DNA from: Acidimicrobiia bacterium
GTDB lineage: Bacteria; Actinomycetota; Acidimicrobiia; IMCC26256; JAENVU01
DNA: 64,000 bases
Assembly: GCA_038250905.1 (NCBI GenBank)
Contig: JBBSBV010000002.1
Span: 71,403 to 135,402 of the forward strand
Direction: 5' to 3'
The position numbers and the translations under genes were made by a program. Below, in pieces: positions 56,279-64,000 of the stretch; position 1 is the first letter of the stretch; every line of letters begins with the position of its first letter. Under the pieces are notes generated by a model. It did no database searches and was not told the origin of the DNA. It saw only the letters and a list, made by a program, of their open reading frames with translations.

Positions 56279-58387
56279 GTGCCGTTCCAGTACGCGCACG
56301 TGCAGGGTGACGACGAGGAAGACGCCACCCTCGACCTGATGCTCATCAAGAACGTGCACGAGCACGGTTGGTTCTCGACCAACCCCAAGCTCAACGCGCC
56401 GTTCGCGCAGCACTGGGCCGAGTGGCCGATGGGCGGCGACCTGCTGGCGTACACGATCAAGAAGGGGATCGTCGACGTCACGGGGGACGTCCCGCTGACG
56501 TTCAATCTCTTCTGGCTCCTCACCTTCCCGCTCACCGCGCTGGTCGCGTTCCCGGTCCTGCGCAAGCTGCGGGTCTCGTGGTCGGCGGCGGTCGTGGGGG
56601 CGACGCTCTTCTCGCTCGCGCCGTACCACTTCCGCAACGGCGCCGGGCACGAGAACCTCGCGTTCTACGTGGGGATCCCGATCGTCGTGCTGCTCTGCTT
56701 ACGGGTCCTCGGACCCGACGGGGACCTCCCGAGTCCGGCGGCACTCCGCCATCGGGCGGGCTGGTGGCGGCTGCGGTGGATGCTGCTCGGGACGGTGCTC
56801 ATCGCCGTCACCGGGATCTACTACCTCGCGTTCCTCCTCACGCTGATCACCATCTGCGCGCTGATCGCCGTGCTCGCCGGGCGCGGTTTCGGCCGGCTCG
56901 TGACCGCGGCCGTCTTCGCGGTCACCGGCCTCGCGGCGTCGGCGATCGCGAACCTGCCCACGCTCCTCTACCGCGCGCAGCACGCCACCAACCTGCTCGG
57001 CGTGCCCGACCGCCGGCTCGGAATTTCCGAGGACTACCCACTGCGGATCGTCGAGTTGCTGAGCCCGGTCACCGCACACCGGTTCCCTCCGTTCGCCTGG
57101 CTCGCCGACCACCTCTACGCACCGGGCCAGCAAGGCATGGGCACCGCGATGCTCGGCCTGGCGGCGGGCACCGGATTCGTGGTCGCCCTCGTCACCATGG
57201 TGCGGCACGTGGTCCGGCGCGGGAGCCGCCGCGGGTGGAGCTTCGAGGCGCGTATCGGCGTCCTCGTCCTCGTGATCCTGGTGGTCGGGATCGGCGGTGG
57301 CATCAGCCGGGCGCTCGAACTGGTCGGGTTGAGCGGCGTCCGGGCCTGGACCCGGATCGCGATCGTCGCGGCGTTCGCCGGGATCGTGGTCTTCGGCCGG
57401 TTGCTCGATCGACTGCGCGTTCGGCTGCTCCGACCGCGCACCTCCGGCCCGACGAGGCGGAAGCGCCGGGCGACCTGGATCACCGTGTGCGCGGTGGTCC
57501 TCGTCGTCGGCACCCTGGACCAGGCGTCACCGGCGCTGATGCCCCACCCGGCCGCGCGGGCCGGCCTCGGGCATCGGGACCAGCGGTTCGTCAATCGCAT
57601 CGAACAACGACTCCCGGCCGACGCGATGGTGTTCCAACTCCCCGTCACCGATTTTCCCGAGCACGGTGCCATCGAGTTGATGTCGGCCCACGACAACATC
57701 AAGACCGGGTACCTGCACTCTCGCACGCTGCGCTGGAGCTCCGGTGGGATCCGTGGTCGCAGCGGCGAGTGGCAGTGGCCCGCGGCGCAGCGGTCGACGC
57801 GGTCGCTGGTGCGCGGGCTCGCGGCGCTCGGCTTCGACGCGATCACGCTGAATCGCGACGGATATCCCGAGCGTCGGGCCCCCGACCGGGTCCATCACCT
57901 CACGGCACTCCTGGGCCCACCGATCGCCGACGACCATCACGGCCAGCTCGCGTGGGACATCCTCCACGCGCGCACCATGCTGCTCGCCGGTACCACCGCC
58001 GCGCAGCGGCACCAGGTGGCGCGCCGATTGCTCGACGCGCCGCAGGTGTTCCTGGCCAGCGATGTCGACCCGATCCGCAATCGGGGCGACGCCCAACCCA
58101 TCTGCGCGCACGCGACCGCGCTCGTCGTGAACCCCTCCCGCCATCCGGTCGAGGTGTGGACCCGGATCGAGTTCTTTCCCAGGCCGAACGTGAAGCCGGT
58201 CGGCCGCGTCCGGCTCCGGGGTCGACGCTTCTCGGTCCCGATGCACGCACCGCGGATCATCCGCCTCCGGCTCCACCCGGGGATCAACCGGTTGGAGCTC
58301 CGGGTGGACACGCCCCACACCCGCTGCGCTTCGGTGTCGACCCAGCAGCTGAGCCGGGTCTCGGTATCGCTGCCGGCGCACCGCTGA
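56279..58387 (+). CDS. large polytopic membrane protein (possible GT-C-type glycosyltransferase); true start probably upstream
   Basis: About 12 TM segments plus a C-terminal soluble domain. The frame is open from 56147 and encodes a basic stretch plus a TM segment before the first GTG (see findings). Confidence 0.65.
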   Translation: MPFQYAHVQGDDEEDATLDLMLIKNVHEHGWFSTNPKLNAPFAQHWAEWPMGGDLLAYTIKKGIVDVTGDVPLTFNLFWLLTFPLTALVAFPVLRKLRVSWSAAVVGATLFSLAPYHFRNGAGHENLAFYVGIPIVVLLCLRVLGPDGDLPSPAALRHRAGWWRLRWMLLGTVLIAVTGIYYLAFLLTLITICALIAVLAGRGFGRLVTAAVFAVTGLAASAIANLPTLLYRAQHATNLLGVPDRRLGISEDYPLRIVELLSPVTAHRFPPFAWLADHLYAPGQQGMGTAMLGLAAGTGFVVALVTMVRHVVRRGSRRGWSFEARIGVLVLVILVVGIGGGISRALELVGLSGVRAWTRIAIVAAFAGIVVFGRLLDRLRVRLLRPRTSGPTRRKRRATWITVCAVVLVVGTLDQASPALMPHPAARAGLGHRDQRFVNRIEQRLPADAMVFQLPVTDFPEHGAIELMSAHDNIKTGYLHSRTLRWSSGGIRGRSGEWQWPAAQRSTRSLVRGLAALGFDAITLNRDGYPERRAPDRVHHLTALLGPPIADDHHGQLAWDILHARTMLLAGTTAAQRHQVARRLLDAPQVFLASDVDPIRNRGDAQPICAHATALVVNPSRHPVEVWTRIEFFPRPNVKPVGRVRLRGRRFSVPMHAPRIIRLRLHPGINRLELRVDTPHTRCASVSTQQLSRVSVSLPAHR

Positions 58388-58433
58388 ACCCCCCGCCGGT
58401 CGCGGGCGCACGGTCCGCGCTCAGGTGCTGCAA

Positions 58434-59738
58434 TCAGCCGTGGCAGTGCTTGGTCTTGCGCCCGCTGCCGCAGGGACACGGATCGTTGCGGCCGGCGGTG
58501 GCGAACACGGTCATCACCTCACCGGCATGACCGCCGCGCCGGAGGGCCTCGGTCATCAAGCGCATCACGCCGTCGATGTGGGTGAAGAAGTCGAGGTAGC
58601 CGGCGCACAGGTGGTTCAGTCCGGCTTCGCCTTCCGGCGTGCGGGCGACCCGGTTCTTCGGACACTCACCCCGGCACGCGAACAGCACCGCGCACTCGCG
58701 ACACTGGCGCGGCAACGCATCGCGTTTCGCGGTCCCGAACTCGCGTTGCCGGGTCGACGCCATCAACTCGACCATGTGGGTCTCGGTGATGTTCCCGAGC
58801 AGGTGCGCGGGATCGACGAAGTGGTCGCAGGAGTACAGGTCGCCGTTGTGTTCCAGCGCGACTGCGTTGCCGCACGTCTCGGAGAAGATGCAGAGCGCGG
58901 GCGGTGCGCCGTACCACGACGCCAGCGCGGCGTCGAACATCTGGACGAACACGTCGCCGACATCGTGGCGGAGCCATTCGTCGAACACCGCGCGGAGGAA
59001 CTGCCCCCAGGCGGCCGGATCCACCGACCGATCGGTGAGGGCGTCGGCGCCTTCGTCCACCCGCTCGACGATGGGGATGAACTGCACGAACGTCGCGCCG
59101 AGATCGTCGCGGAAGTACCGGTACACCTCGAGCGGGTGCGCCTGGTTGGCCGCGTGGACGGTGCACAGCACGTTCCATTCGACGCCCGCGCGCGTGAGCA
59201 GGTCGAGACCCGCTCGCACCCGCTCGAACGTGGGTCGCCCCTGCTTGTCGACGCGGTAGACGTCGTGGACGTGTTCGGGGCCGTCGATGCTGATCCCGAC
59301 GAGGAAGCGCTTCTCCCGCAGGAACTCACACCAGGCCTCGGTCAGGAGCGTCCCGTTGGTCTGGATGGTGTGGTGCAGGGTCCGACCCGGGCCCGCGCAT
59401 TCCTCGGCGTACGCGACGGCACGCCGGAAGAAGTCGAGCCCCATGAGCGTGGGTTCGCCGCCCTGCCACGCGATCGTGATCTCGGGCGCGAGCTGGGATT
59501 CGATCACCTGACGGATGTAGGTCCGCATCACATCGTCGGTCATCCGGAACCGGTCGCCCGGGTAGAGCGCTTCCTTTTCGAGGAAGAAGCAGTAGCTGCA
59601 GTCGAGGTTGCAGATGGGCCCGGTGGGCTTCGCCAGGACGTGGAACGACGGCGGCGCGGTCGGCGGGCGGTTCGGCGGCAGGACCGGTGTCGTGGTCGTG
59701 CTGCCCGTCCGGCCGAGCTCGATCGGGATGTCCACCAT
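58434..59738 (-). CDS. radical SAM/SPASM enzyme of the anaerobic sulfatase-maturating (anSME/AslB) type with C-terminal SEC-C motif
   Basis: CNLDCSYCF (CxxxCxxC), GGEPTL, SPASM cysteines CIFSETCG...SCDHF...CRECAVLFACRGECPKN, and the tail GRNDPCPCGSGRKTKHCHG. Confidence 0.85.
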   Translation of the reverse strand: MVDIPIELGRTGSTTTTPVLPPNRPPTAPPSFHVLAKPTGPICNLDCSYCFFLEKEALYPGDRFRMTDDVMRTYIRQVIESQLAPEITIAWQGGEPTLMGLDFFRRAVAYAEECAGPGRTLHHTIQTNGTLLTEAWCEFLREKRFLVGISIDGPEHVHDVYRVDKQGRPTFERVRAGLDLLTRAGVEWNVLCTVHAANQAHPLEVYRYFRDDLGATFVQFIPIVERVDEGADALTDRSVDPAAWGQFLRAVFDEWLRHDVGDVFVQMFDAALASWYGAPPALCIFSETCGNAVALEHNGDLYSCDHFVDPAHLLGNITETHMVELMASTRQREFGTAKRDALPRQCRECAVLFACRGECPKNRVARTPEGEAGLNHLCAGYLDFFTHIDGVMRLMTEALRRGGHAGEVMTVFATAGRNDPCPCGSGRKTKHCHG

Positions 59739-59750
59739 GCGCGGCGGACT

Positions 59751-60683
59751 CTACGCCCCGGTGCGTTCCCGCTCGGCGGCGCGGCGGCGCCGCACGTCGG
59801 CCGGGAACCGGGCCTCGCCCTCCGGCGGGCCTTCGGCGAAGGTGAAGATCATCGTCTGGGTGCCGTAGGCCACGAGACCGGTCCCCGGATCCCACAGCTC
59901 GATCTCGACCGACGCGTAGCCGTCGTTCGCACACCGCGCGCGGTTCCGCATCAAGATCCACTCCGAACGCGCGACGCCGGTGACGTGCACGGTGAGATCC
60001 GCGCTCGGCCCGTACCACGGCACCTCCGGGTGCGGACCCATCCGTTCGCCGACCGCGCCCGGCATCGTGTCGCACAGGCACACGAGCGCGAGCGGGTCGA
60101 CGGTCCCGTCGTCGAGCCGGGGCACCTCGTCGAACCGCTGGTACGTCTGGCGTTCACTCGTCACGGGCTCGTAGTCCTCCCACGGCGGGTGGCCGACGAT
60201 CGGGCGGCCCTCGATGTGGTTGGCCCAGATCGGGAACGGCGGTCCGATCTCCACGCCCTCGGGTAGCGGATCGCGGAAGCTCGGCAGGGTCGCCGGATCC
60301 GGGAACTCCGGAATCGTGAGATCGGTGAACTCGAACCCGGGCCGGGAGGCACCGAAGACGGCGATCGCCGTGAGTCCGGCTGCTCGACCGGGAGTCCGTA
60401 CTGTGGCCGACACCTGCGCGACGGACCGGCCGCGTCGCAGCACGGTCACGTCGATCGCCGCGTCGCCCGCCTCGACCGGTGCGGCGAAGACGCAGGACAC
60501 CGACCGCAACGGCATGTCGTCGCTGGCGAGTTCGGCATGCATCGCGCGGACCGCAGCCGCGAGCGAGATGCCACCCTGGGGCACGTTCGGCGCGGCCCAG
60601 GCCATGGACAGCTGCGCGTGGTGGCGCCCGGGAACGTCCGGATCGGCGACGACGGTGGTCTCGCGGTGGAAGGCGCTCGGCAT
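59751..60683 (-). CDS. acyl-CoA thioesterase II-like (double hot-dog) protein
   Basis: LSMAWAAPNVPQGGISLAAAVRAM...VTVLRRGRSVAQVSATV...SADLTVHV...DGYASVEIELWD. ATG 60683. Confidence 0.7.
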   Translation of the reverse strand: MPSAFHRETTVVADPDVPGRHHAQLSMAWAAPNVPQGGISLAAAVRAMHAELASDDMPLRSVSCVFAAPVEAGDAAIDVTVLRRGRSVAQVSATVRTPGRAAGLTAIAVFGASRPGFEFTDLTIPEFPDPATLPSFRDPLPEGVEIGPPFPIWANHIEGRPIVGHPPWEDYEPVTSERQTYQRFDEVPRLDDGTVDPLALVCLCDTMPGAVGERMGPHPEVPWYGPSADLTVHVTGVARSEWILMRNRARCANDGYASVEIELWDPGTGLVAYGTQTMIFTFAEGPPEGEARFPADVRRRRAAERERTGA

Positions 60684-60744
60684 CGCACGAGCCTGCCCCA
60701 CGCCCGGCTCACCGGTCGACCATTTTCGCCGCCGGACGCGCACC

Positions 60745-60771
60745 GGCCCGGAATCCACGGGATTCCGGGCC
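60745..60771 (-). terminator. perfect 12-bp hairpin after the ferric-reductase-like gene (no U tract)
   Basis: GGCCCGGAATCC-CGT-GGATTCCGGGCC on the minus-strand RNA, 6 nt after the TAA at 60777-60779. Confidence 0.4.
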
Positions 60772-60776
60772 GTTCC

Positions 60777-61421
60777 TTACTGGCGCTGCGGGATCCGCCG
60801 GGGCCGGGCCGGGACGAACGTCTCCGCCGCGGCCGGAGTCCGGGTGGCGACGCGCGCCGCGGTGCGGACCGGGACCCGGTCGGCCTTGCGAGCCTCGCGC
60901 TCGCGCATCTCCTGCATCCGGCGGGTGAAGAGCATCGCCACCGCCGCCGAGGCCACACCGATCGAGACCAGCGAGATCGGGTTCGACGCGTCGGTCCCCG
61001 CGGCGACGAAGTGGATGGTGGCGAAGACGTAGAGCGGCAGGGCCATCACGTGGATCCGGCGCCACAGCTGGTTCGGCAGGTGCTTGCGGGCCAGCGACGT
61101 CAGCTCGACCGCGAGCATCACGTAGAGCCCGACCACGCCCCAGGCCACCGCGAGCGGGTGCCACTTGGCCGCGAACGGCACGAGGACATCGGAGAGTCCG
61201 AAGTTCGTGTAGGTGTCGAGCAGGATCGCGCCCACGTGCACGCCGACGAAGATCGTCGCCAACGCGCCGAGGAAACGGTGGAGGTCGAGGATCCAGGCGG
61301 GTCGGGCACCGAAGGGCCGGACCCGGCCGGAGAGCCACAGGCCCCAGATCACCGACGCCGCGGTCAACCCCCACGCGACGATGCCGCCGGCGCGGGCGGT
61401 GTACCAGAACAGATGACTCAT
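60777..61421 (-). CDS. ferric-reductase-like transmembrane domain protein (MsrQ/YedZ-like)
   Basis: Six TM segments with conserved His pairs (LDLHRFLG...VGVHV; RRIHVMAL...ATIHF). The ATG overlaps the apbE stop (ATGA). Confidence 0.75.
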   Translation of the reverse strand: MSHLFWYTARAGGIVAWGLTAASVIWGLWLSGRVRPFGARPAWILDLHRFLGALATIFVGVHVGAILLDTYTNFGLSDVLVPFAAKWHPLAVAWGVVGLYVMLAVELTSLARKHLPNQLWRRIHVMALPLYVFATIHFVAAGTDASNPISLVSIGVASAAVAMLFTRRMQEMREREARKADRVPVRTAARVATRTPAAAETFVPARPRRIPQRQ

Positions 61422-62344
61422 CGGACGGACTCCAGGATTCGTTCGTAGCGCGACCAGCCGCGGCCGGTGATCACGCTGTCGGCGGTGGCGACCATCGCGG
61501 TGGCACCCAGGGACTCGGCGAACTCGATGCCGGTGATCCGGTCGAGGAACGCGACCTTGCTCAGCACCTCCGCCTGCCAAGCCTCGGACGCGACCGCGGT
61601 CGCGAAGGTCACCGGCGTGCGGGCGCTGGTCCGGGTCGCCGGGTCGATCACATGGTGGTAGCGCTCGCCGTCGGCGCCTTCCCACTGCCGGCGCGACCGG
61701 GAGGTAGTGGCGATCCCGCCATCGACGATCGCGAGCCGCGCGACGGGCTCGTCGGATTCACGGTCGCGGATCGCGACGACCCAGCCACCCTCGTCGGGTG
61801 AGGTCCCGGCGACCCGGACGTCGCCCCCGATGTTCACGCACACCCCGGCCGCGCCGAACTCGCGCAGCTCGGTGGCGACGATGTCGGCGGCGAGCCCCTT
61901 GCCGATCCCACCCGGGTCGAACCGCAGCCCGCGCGGGAAGGTGACCCGACCGGAGGCGGCGTCGACGACCGGGAGCTGGACCCGGCCGCCCTCCTCATCC
62001 GCGGCCGTTGGTTCGACCGTCGGCCGGTCGACCCGCGCGAAGGTCGTGCGGTACCCGACCCGCTCCAGCGCGTCGAGTTGATAGGGATCGAACCGACCCT
62101 GGGTGAGCTCGTACCCCTCGGCCGCCCGGGCGAGCAGCAGGATCGTGGCCGGCGACACGGTGTGCGTCTCGCCCTCGGACGTGTTGAGCCGGGAGACCTC
62201 ACTGTGAGGAAGGAACCGACTCCACCGGCGCTCGAGTTCGGCGACCCGGTCACGCGCCCGTTGCAGGAGCACGGGCTCGGCGTCGACGACCATGACCTCG
62301 ACCTGGGTCCCCATAGCGGCGAAGCGATCGACGAAGCAGTCCAT
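61418..62344 (-). CDS. apbE: FAD:protein FMN transferase (ApbE family), no signal peptide
   Basis: FAAMGTQVEVMVV...SEVSRLN...GRFDP...GIGKGLAADIV...VNIGGDV...AIATTS. The domain starts within 10 aa of ATG 62344. Confidence 0.85.
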   Translation of the reverse strand: MDCFVDRFAAMGTQVEVMVVDAEPVLLQRARDRVAELERRWSRFLPHSEVSRLNTSEGETHTVSPATILLLARAAEGYELTQGRFDPYQLDALERVGYRTTFARVDRPTVEPTAADEEGGRVQLPVVDAASGRVTFPRGLRFDPGGIGKGLAADIVATELREFGAAGVCVNIGGDVRVAGTSPDEGGWVVAIRDRESDEPVARLAIVDGGIATTSRSRRQWEGADGERYHHVIDPATRTSARTPVTFATAVASEAWQAEVLSKVAFLDRITGIEFAESLGATAMVATADSVITGRGWSRYERILESVR

Positions 62345-62346
62345 CG

Positions 62347-62703
62347 TCAGCTCGCCTGCGACGAGGTGTTCGAGGTCGAGGAACCGGTCGTGGTGCCGGC
62401 GGTCGCCGCGTACCTGGTGCTCGTGGACGAGTCGGTGGCGGCGGCCGTCGTCGACGTGGTCGAGCTGCTGGTCATGGCGGCGGTCGCGGCCGTCGTCGGG
62501 TTCGTGCTGGCGGCGACCGCGGTCGTGTTCGCGGTCGTGGAAGTGGCAGAGGTCGACGTCGCGGCCATGCACGCACCGAGGGTCGCGGTGGCCACCACAC
62601 TCATCACTGCGGTGCCGATCCTCGATCGGTGGGCGATGCGAACTGGCTTCGACCGACTGGGGGGCCGACGCAGGGATGCGGCTTGGTTGCTCATGACGGT
62701 CAT
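62347..62703 (-). CDS. Ser/Thr/Ala-rich putative lipoprotein (118 aa)
   Basis: MTVMSNQAASLRRPPSRSKPVRIAHRSRIGTAVMSVVATATLGAC (lipobox) followed by about 70 aa of T/S/A low complexity. Very high GC3. The stop lies 2 nt before the apbE ATG in a different frame. Confidence 0.5.
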   Translation of the reverse strand: MTVMSNQAASLRRPPSRSKPVRIAHRSRIGTAVMSVVATATLGACMAATSTSATSTTANTTAVAASTNPTTAATAAMTSSSTTSTTAAATDSSTSTRYAATAGTTTGSSTSNTSSQAS

Positions 62704-62717
62704 GATCGAGGGCGCGA

Positions 62718-62793
62718 GTAAGACGGCGACGAACCGGATGTAAGACCCGTGCAAGAACCCCGGGAACCAGGGTTTCCGGGCCCGGGGTCTTAC
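62718..62793. promoter_or_regulatory. GTAAGAC direct/inverted repeats in the divergent promoter region
   Basis: GTAAGAC at 62718 and 62740 (22-bp spacing). GTAAGACCC (62740-62748) is inverted as GGGTCTTAC (62785-62793). Confidence 0.3.
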
Positions 62794-62826
62794 ACCGCTC
62801 TTGCCCGGGCCCCGTAGTGTCGCCCC

Positions 62827-63510
62827 ATGGAGCCATCGCCACGCGTGCTGCTGGCCGAAGACGATCGCAGCGTCCGGGAGGCCCTCGTGATGGCCCTGGA
62901 ACTCGAGGGCTACACCGTTTGTCCGACCACGGACGGTGAGCGGGCCCTCGCGGCCTTCGACACCTTCGACCCCGATGTCCTCGTCCTCGACGTGATGATG
63001 CCGACCATCGACGGGCTGACCGTCTGTCGGCGCCTCCGAGCCCGGAAGGTGACCACGCCGATCCTCGTGCTCACGGCGCGGGACCAGGTCGCCGACCGGG
63101 TGAGCGGGCTCGACGCCGGTGCCGACGACTACGTGGTCAAACCTTTCTCGCTCGACGAGTTGCTCGCCCGGTTGCGGGCTCTCCTTCGCCGCAACCAGAC
63201 GGACGACGACGGGCCCGAACTCGTCGTCGCCGATCTGCGCGTCGACCCCCGCCGCCGGGTCGCGATGCGCGGCGACACCTACCTCGACCTCACCAAGACC
63301 GAGTTCGACCTGCTCACACTCCTCATGGAGAACGCCGGCATCGTGCTGTCGCGCGAGCAGATCTACGAGCACATCTGGGGCTTCGACTTCGAGACCGGAT
63401 CGCGCTCGCTCGACGTCTACATCGGCTACCTCCGGCGCAAGACCGAGATCGACGACCTCCCCCGCCTCGTGCAGACCGTGCGAGGCGTCGGCTACGTGGT
63501 CCGACCGTGA
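62827..63510 (+). CDS. OmpR-family response regulator (MprA/PrrA-like)
   Basis: RVLLAEDD...VLVLDVMMPTIDGL...VLTARD...winged helix LTKTEFDLLTLLMEN...VYIGYLRRK...TVRGVGYVV. Confidence 0.9.
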   Translation: MEPSPRVLLAEDDRSVREALVMALELEGYTVCPTTDGERALAAFDTFDPDVLVLDVMMPTIDGLTVCRRLRARKVTTPILVLTARDQVADRVSGLDAGADDYVVKPFSLDELLARLRALLRRNQTDDDGPELVVADLRVDPRRRVAMRGDTYLDLTKTEFDLLTLLMENAGIVLSREQIYEHIWGFDFETGSRSLDVYIGYLRRKTEIDDLPRLVQTVRGVGYVVRP

Positions 63511-64000
63511 GCCTCCGATGGCGCATCGCATTCGGCATGGCGTTCATCGCGGGCCTGGTCTCCGCGTTCGGCGCCGTCGCCGCGTACCTCAACACGGCCG
63601 ACCGGCTGACCGTTGCGATCGACGACGCCCTGCGGAGCAAGGCCACCGATCTCACACCCGTCCGCAGCGGGAACGGTCGCCCCGACGATCCGGACCGCGC
63701 CGGCACCGACGGACAGGCCTCCCGCTTCGGCTGTCCACCCAACGACCTCCTCACCCTGGTGAACGCGGCGCAGCTCGTGGCCACCGACGGCACGGTGACG
63801 CGGTGCATCGGTGTCGCACTCCCCGTCGACCGCGCACTCGTCGGGCGGGTGCAGTCGGGCTCGGACGCACAGCTCACGACCGCCAAGGTCGGCGACACGC
63901 GGTATCGCATCATCACGACCCCACGTTCCGGCACCGCGGTGTTGCAGCTCGCCCGCTCCCTCCGAGAGAACGACAACGTCCTGGGGACCCTGCAGCTCCG
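63507..64000 (+). CDS. sensor histidine kinase, N-terminal part (3' end outside the window)
   Basis: GTG overlaps the response-regulator stop (GTGA). VSLRWRIAFGMAFIAGLVSAFGAVAAYL (TM1) is followed by an extracytoplasmic domain, and the frame stays open to the window end. Confidence 0.75.
   Translation, partial: MSLRWRIAFGMAFIAGLVSAFGAVAAYLNTADRLTVAIDDALRSKATDLTPVRSGNGRPDDPDRAGTDGQASRFGCPPNDLLTLVNAAQLVATDGTVTRCIGVALPVDRALVGRVQSGSDAQLTTAKVGDTRYRIITTPRSGTAVLQLARSLRENDNVLGTLQL

Noticed and set aside
62078-62743. Plus-strand ORFs (62078-62743, 62292-62696) and the His/Asp/Arg-rich upstream extension of apbE covering the Ser/Thr-rich region.
   Set aside because: They are off-frame readings of the ACC/ACG/TCG/GCC codon tract. 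Only the minus-strand T/S/A frame has near-uniform G/C at third positions and a signal peptide with a lipobox.

Overview
High-G+C (about 70% by eye), gene-dense chromosomal segment of an actinobacterium. Supporting signs are a mycothiol-type dehydrogenase, many GTG starts, starts without a Shine-Dalgarno (SD) motif that look leaderless, and frequent ATGA/GTGA stop-start overlaps. I saw no rRNA, CRISPR array, transposase, integrase or phage genes. The first ~24 kb is core metabolism: gltX followed by tRNA-Gln(CUG) and tRNA-Glu(CUC), cimA-ilvE-leuB, greA, leuCD, leuA, mscL, serA and an aspC-like aminotransferase. The middle holds a D,D-carboxypeptidase, an enoyl-CoA hydratase, a DEAD-box helicase, an OmpR/histidine-kinase pair, SDRs, an EEP-family enzyme, an mscR-like dehydrogenase, an HtpX-like protease and a 1101-aa adenylate cyclase-STAND-TPR protein. 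Regions 38-50 kb and 56-63 kb look envelope/accessory-like. They hold two paralogous GH73-like glucosaminidases, a GT-C glycosyltransferase, a HasA-like GT2 synthase overlapping an Excalibur-GH26 hydrolase, two lipoprotein alpha/beta hydrolases, PPK2, an anSME-type radical SAM enzyme, an ApbE/ferric-reductase-like unit and a second OmpR/HK pair. Most long opposite-strand or alternate-frame ORFs in the track are Arg/Pro/Gly/His-rich GC artefacts. Many real genes start well inside their track ORF; I picked starts from homology-like N-termini, SD motifs and 4-nt overlaps. Best hunting results: (1) two unannotated leader-peptide attenuators with the same architecture, an LLL peptide before leuA and an IVII peptide before leuB-ilvE-cimA; (2) a CPA2 cation/proton antiporter fused to a GlnD-like (degenerate HD + 2 ACT) sensory module, overlapping by GTGA a pseudo-receiver winged-helix regulator gene; (3) an ApbE flavin transferase with no export signal and no visible FMN-binding substrate, preceded in another frame by a Ser/Thr-rich lipoprotein ORF; (4) a hyaluronan-synthase-like GT2 overlapping a GH26-like hydrolase; (5) two SD-led small ORFs below the track cutoff. 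All functional calls rest on motif recognition by eye; no searches were run.
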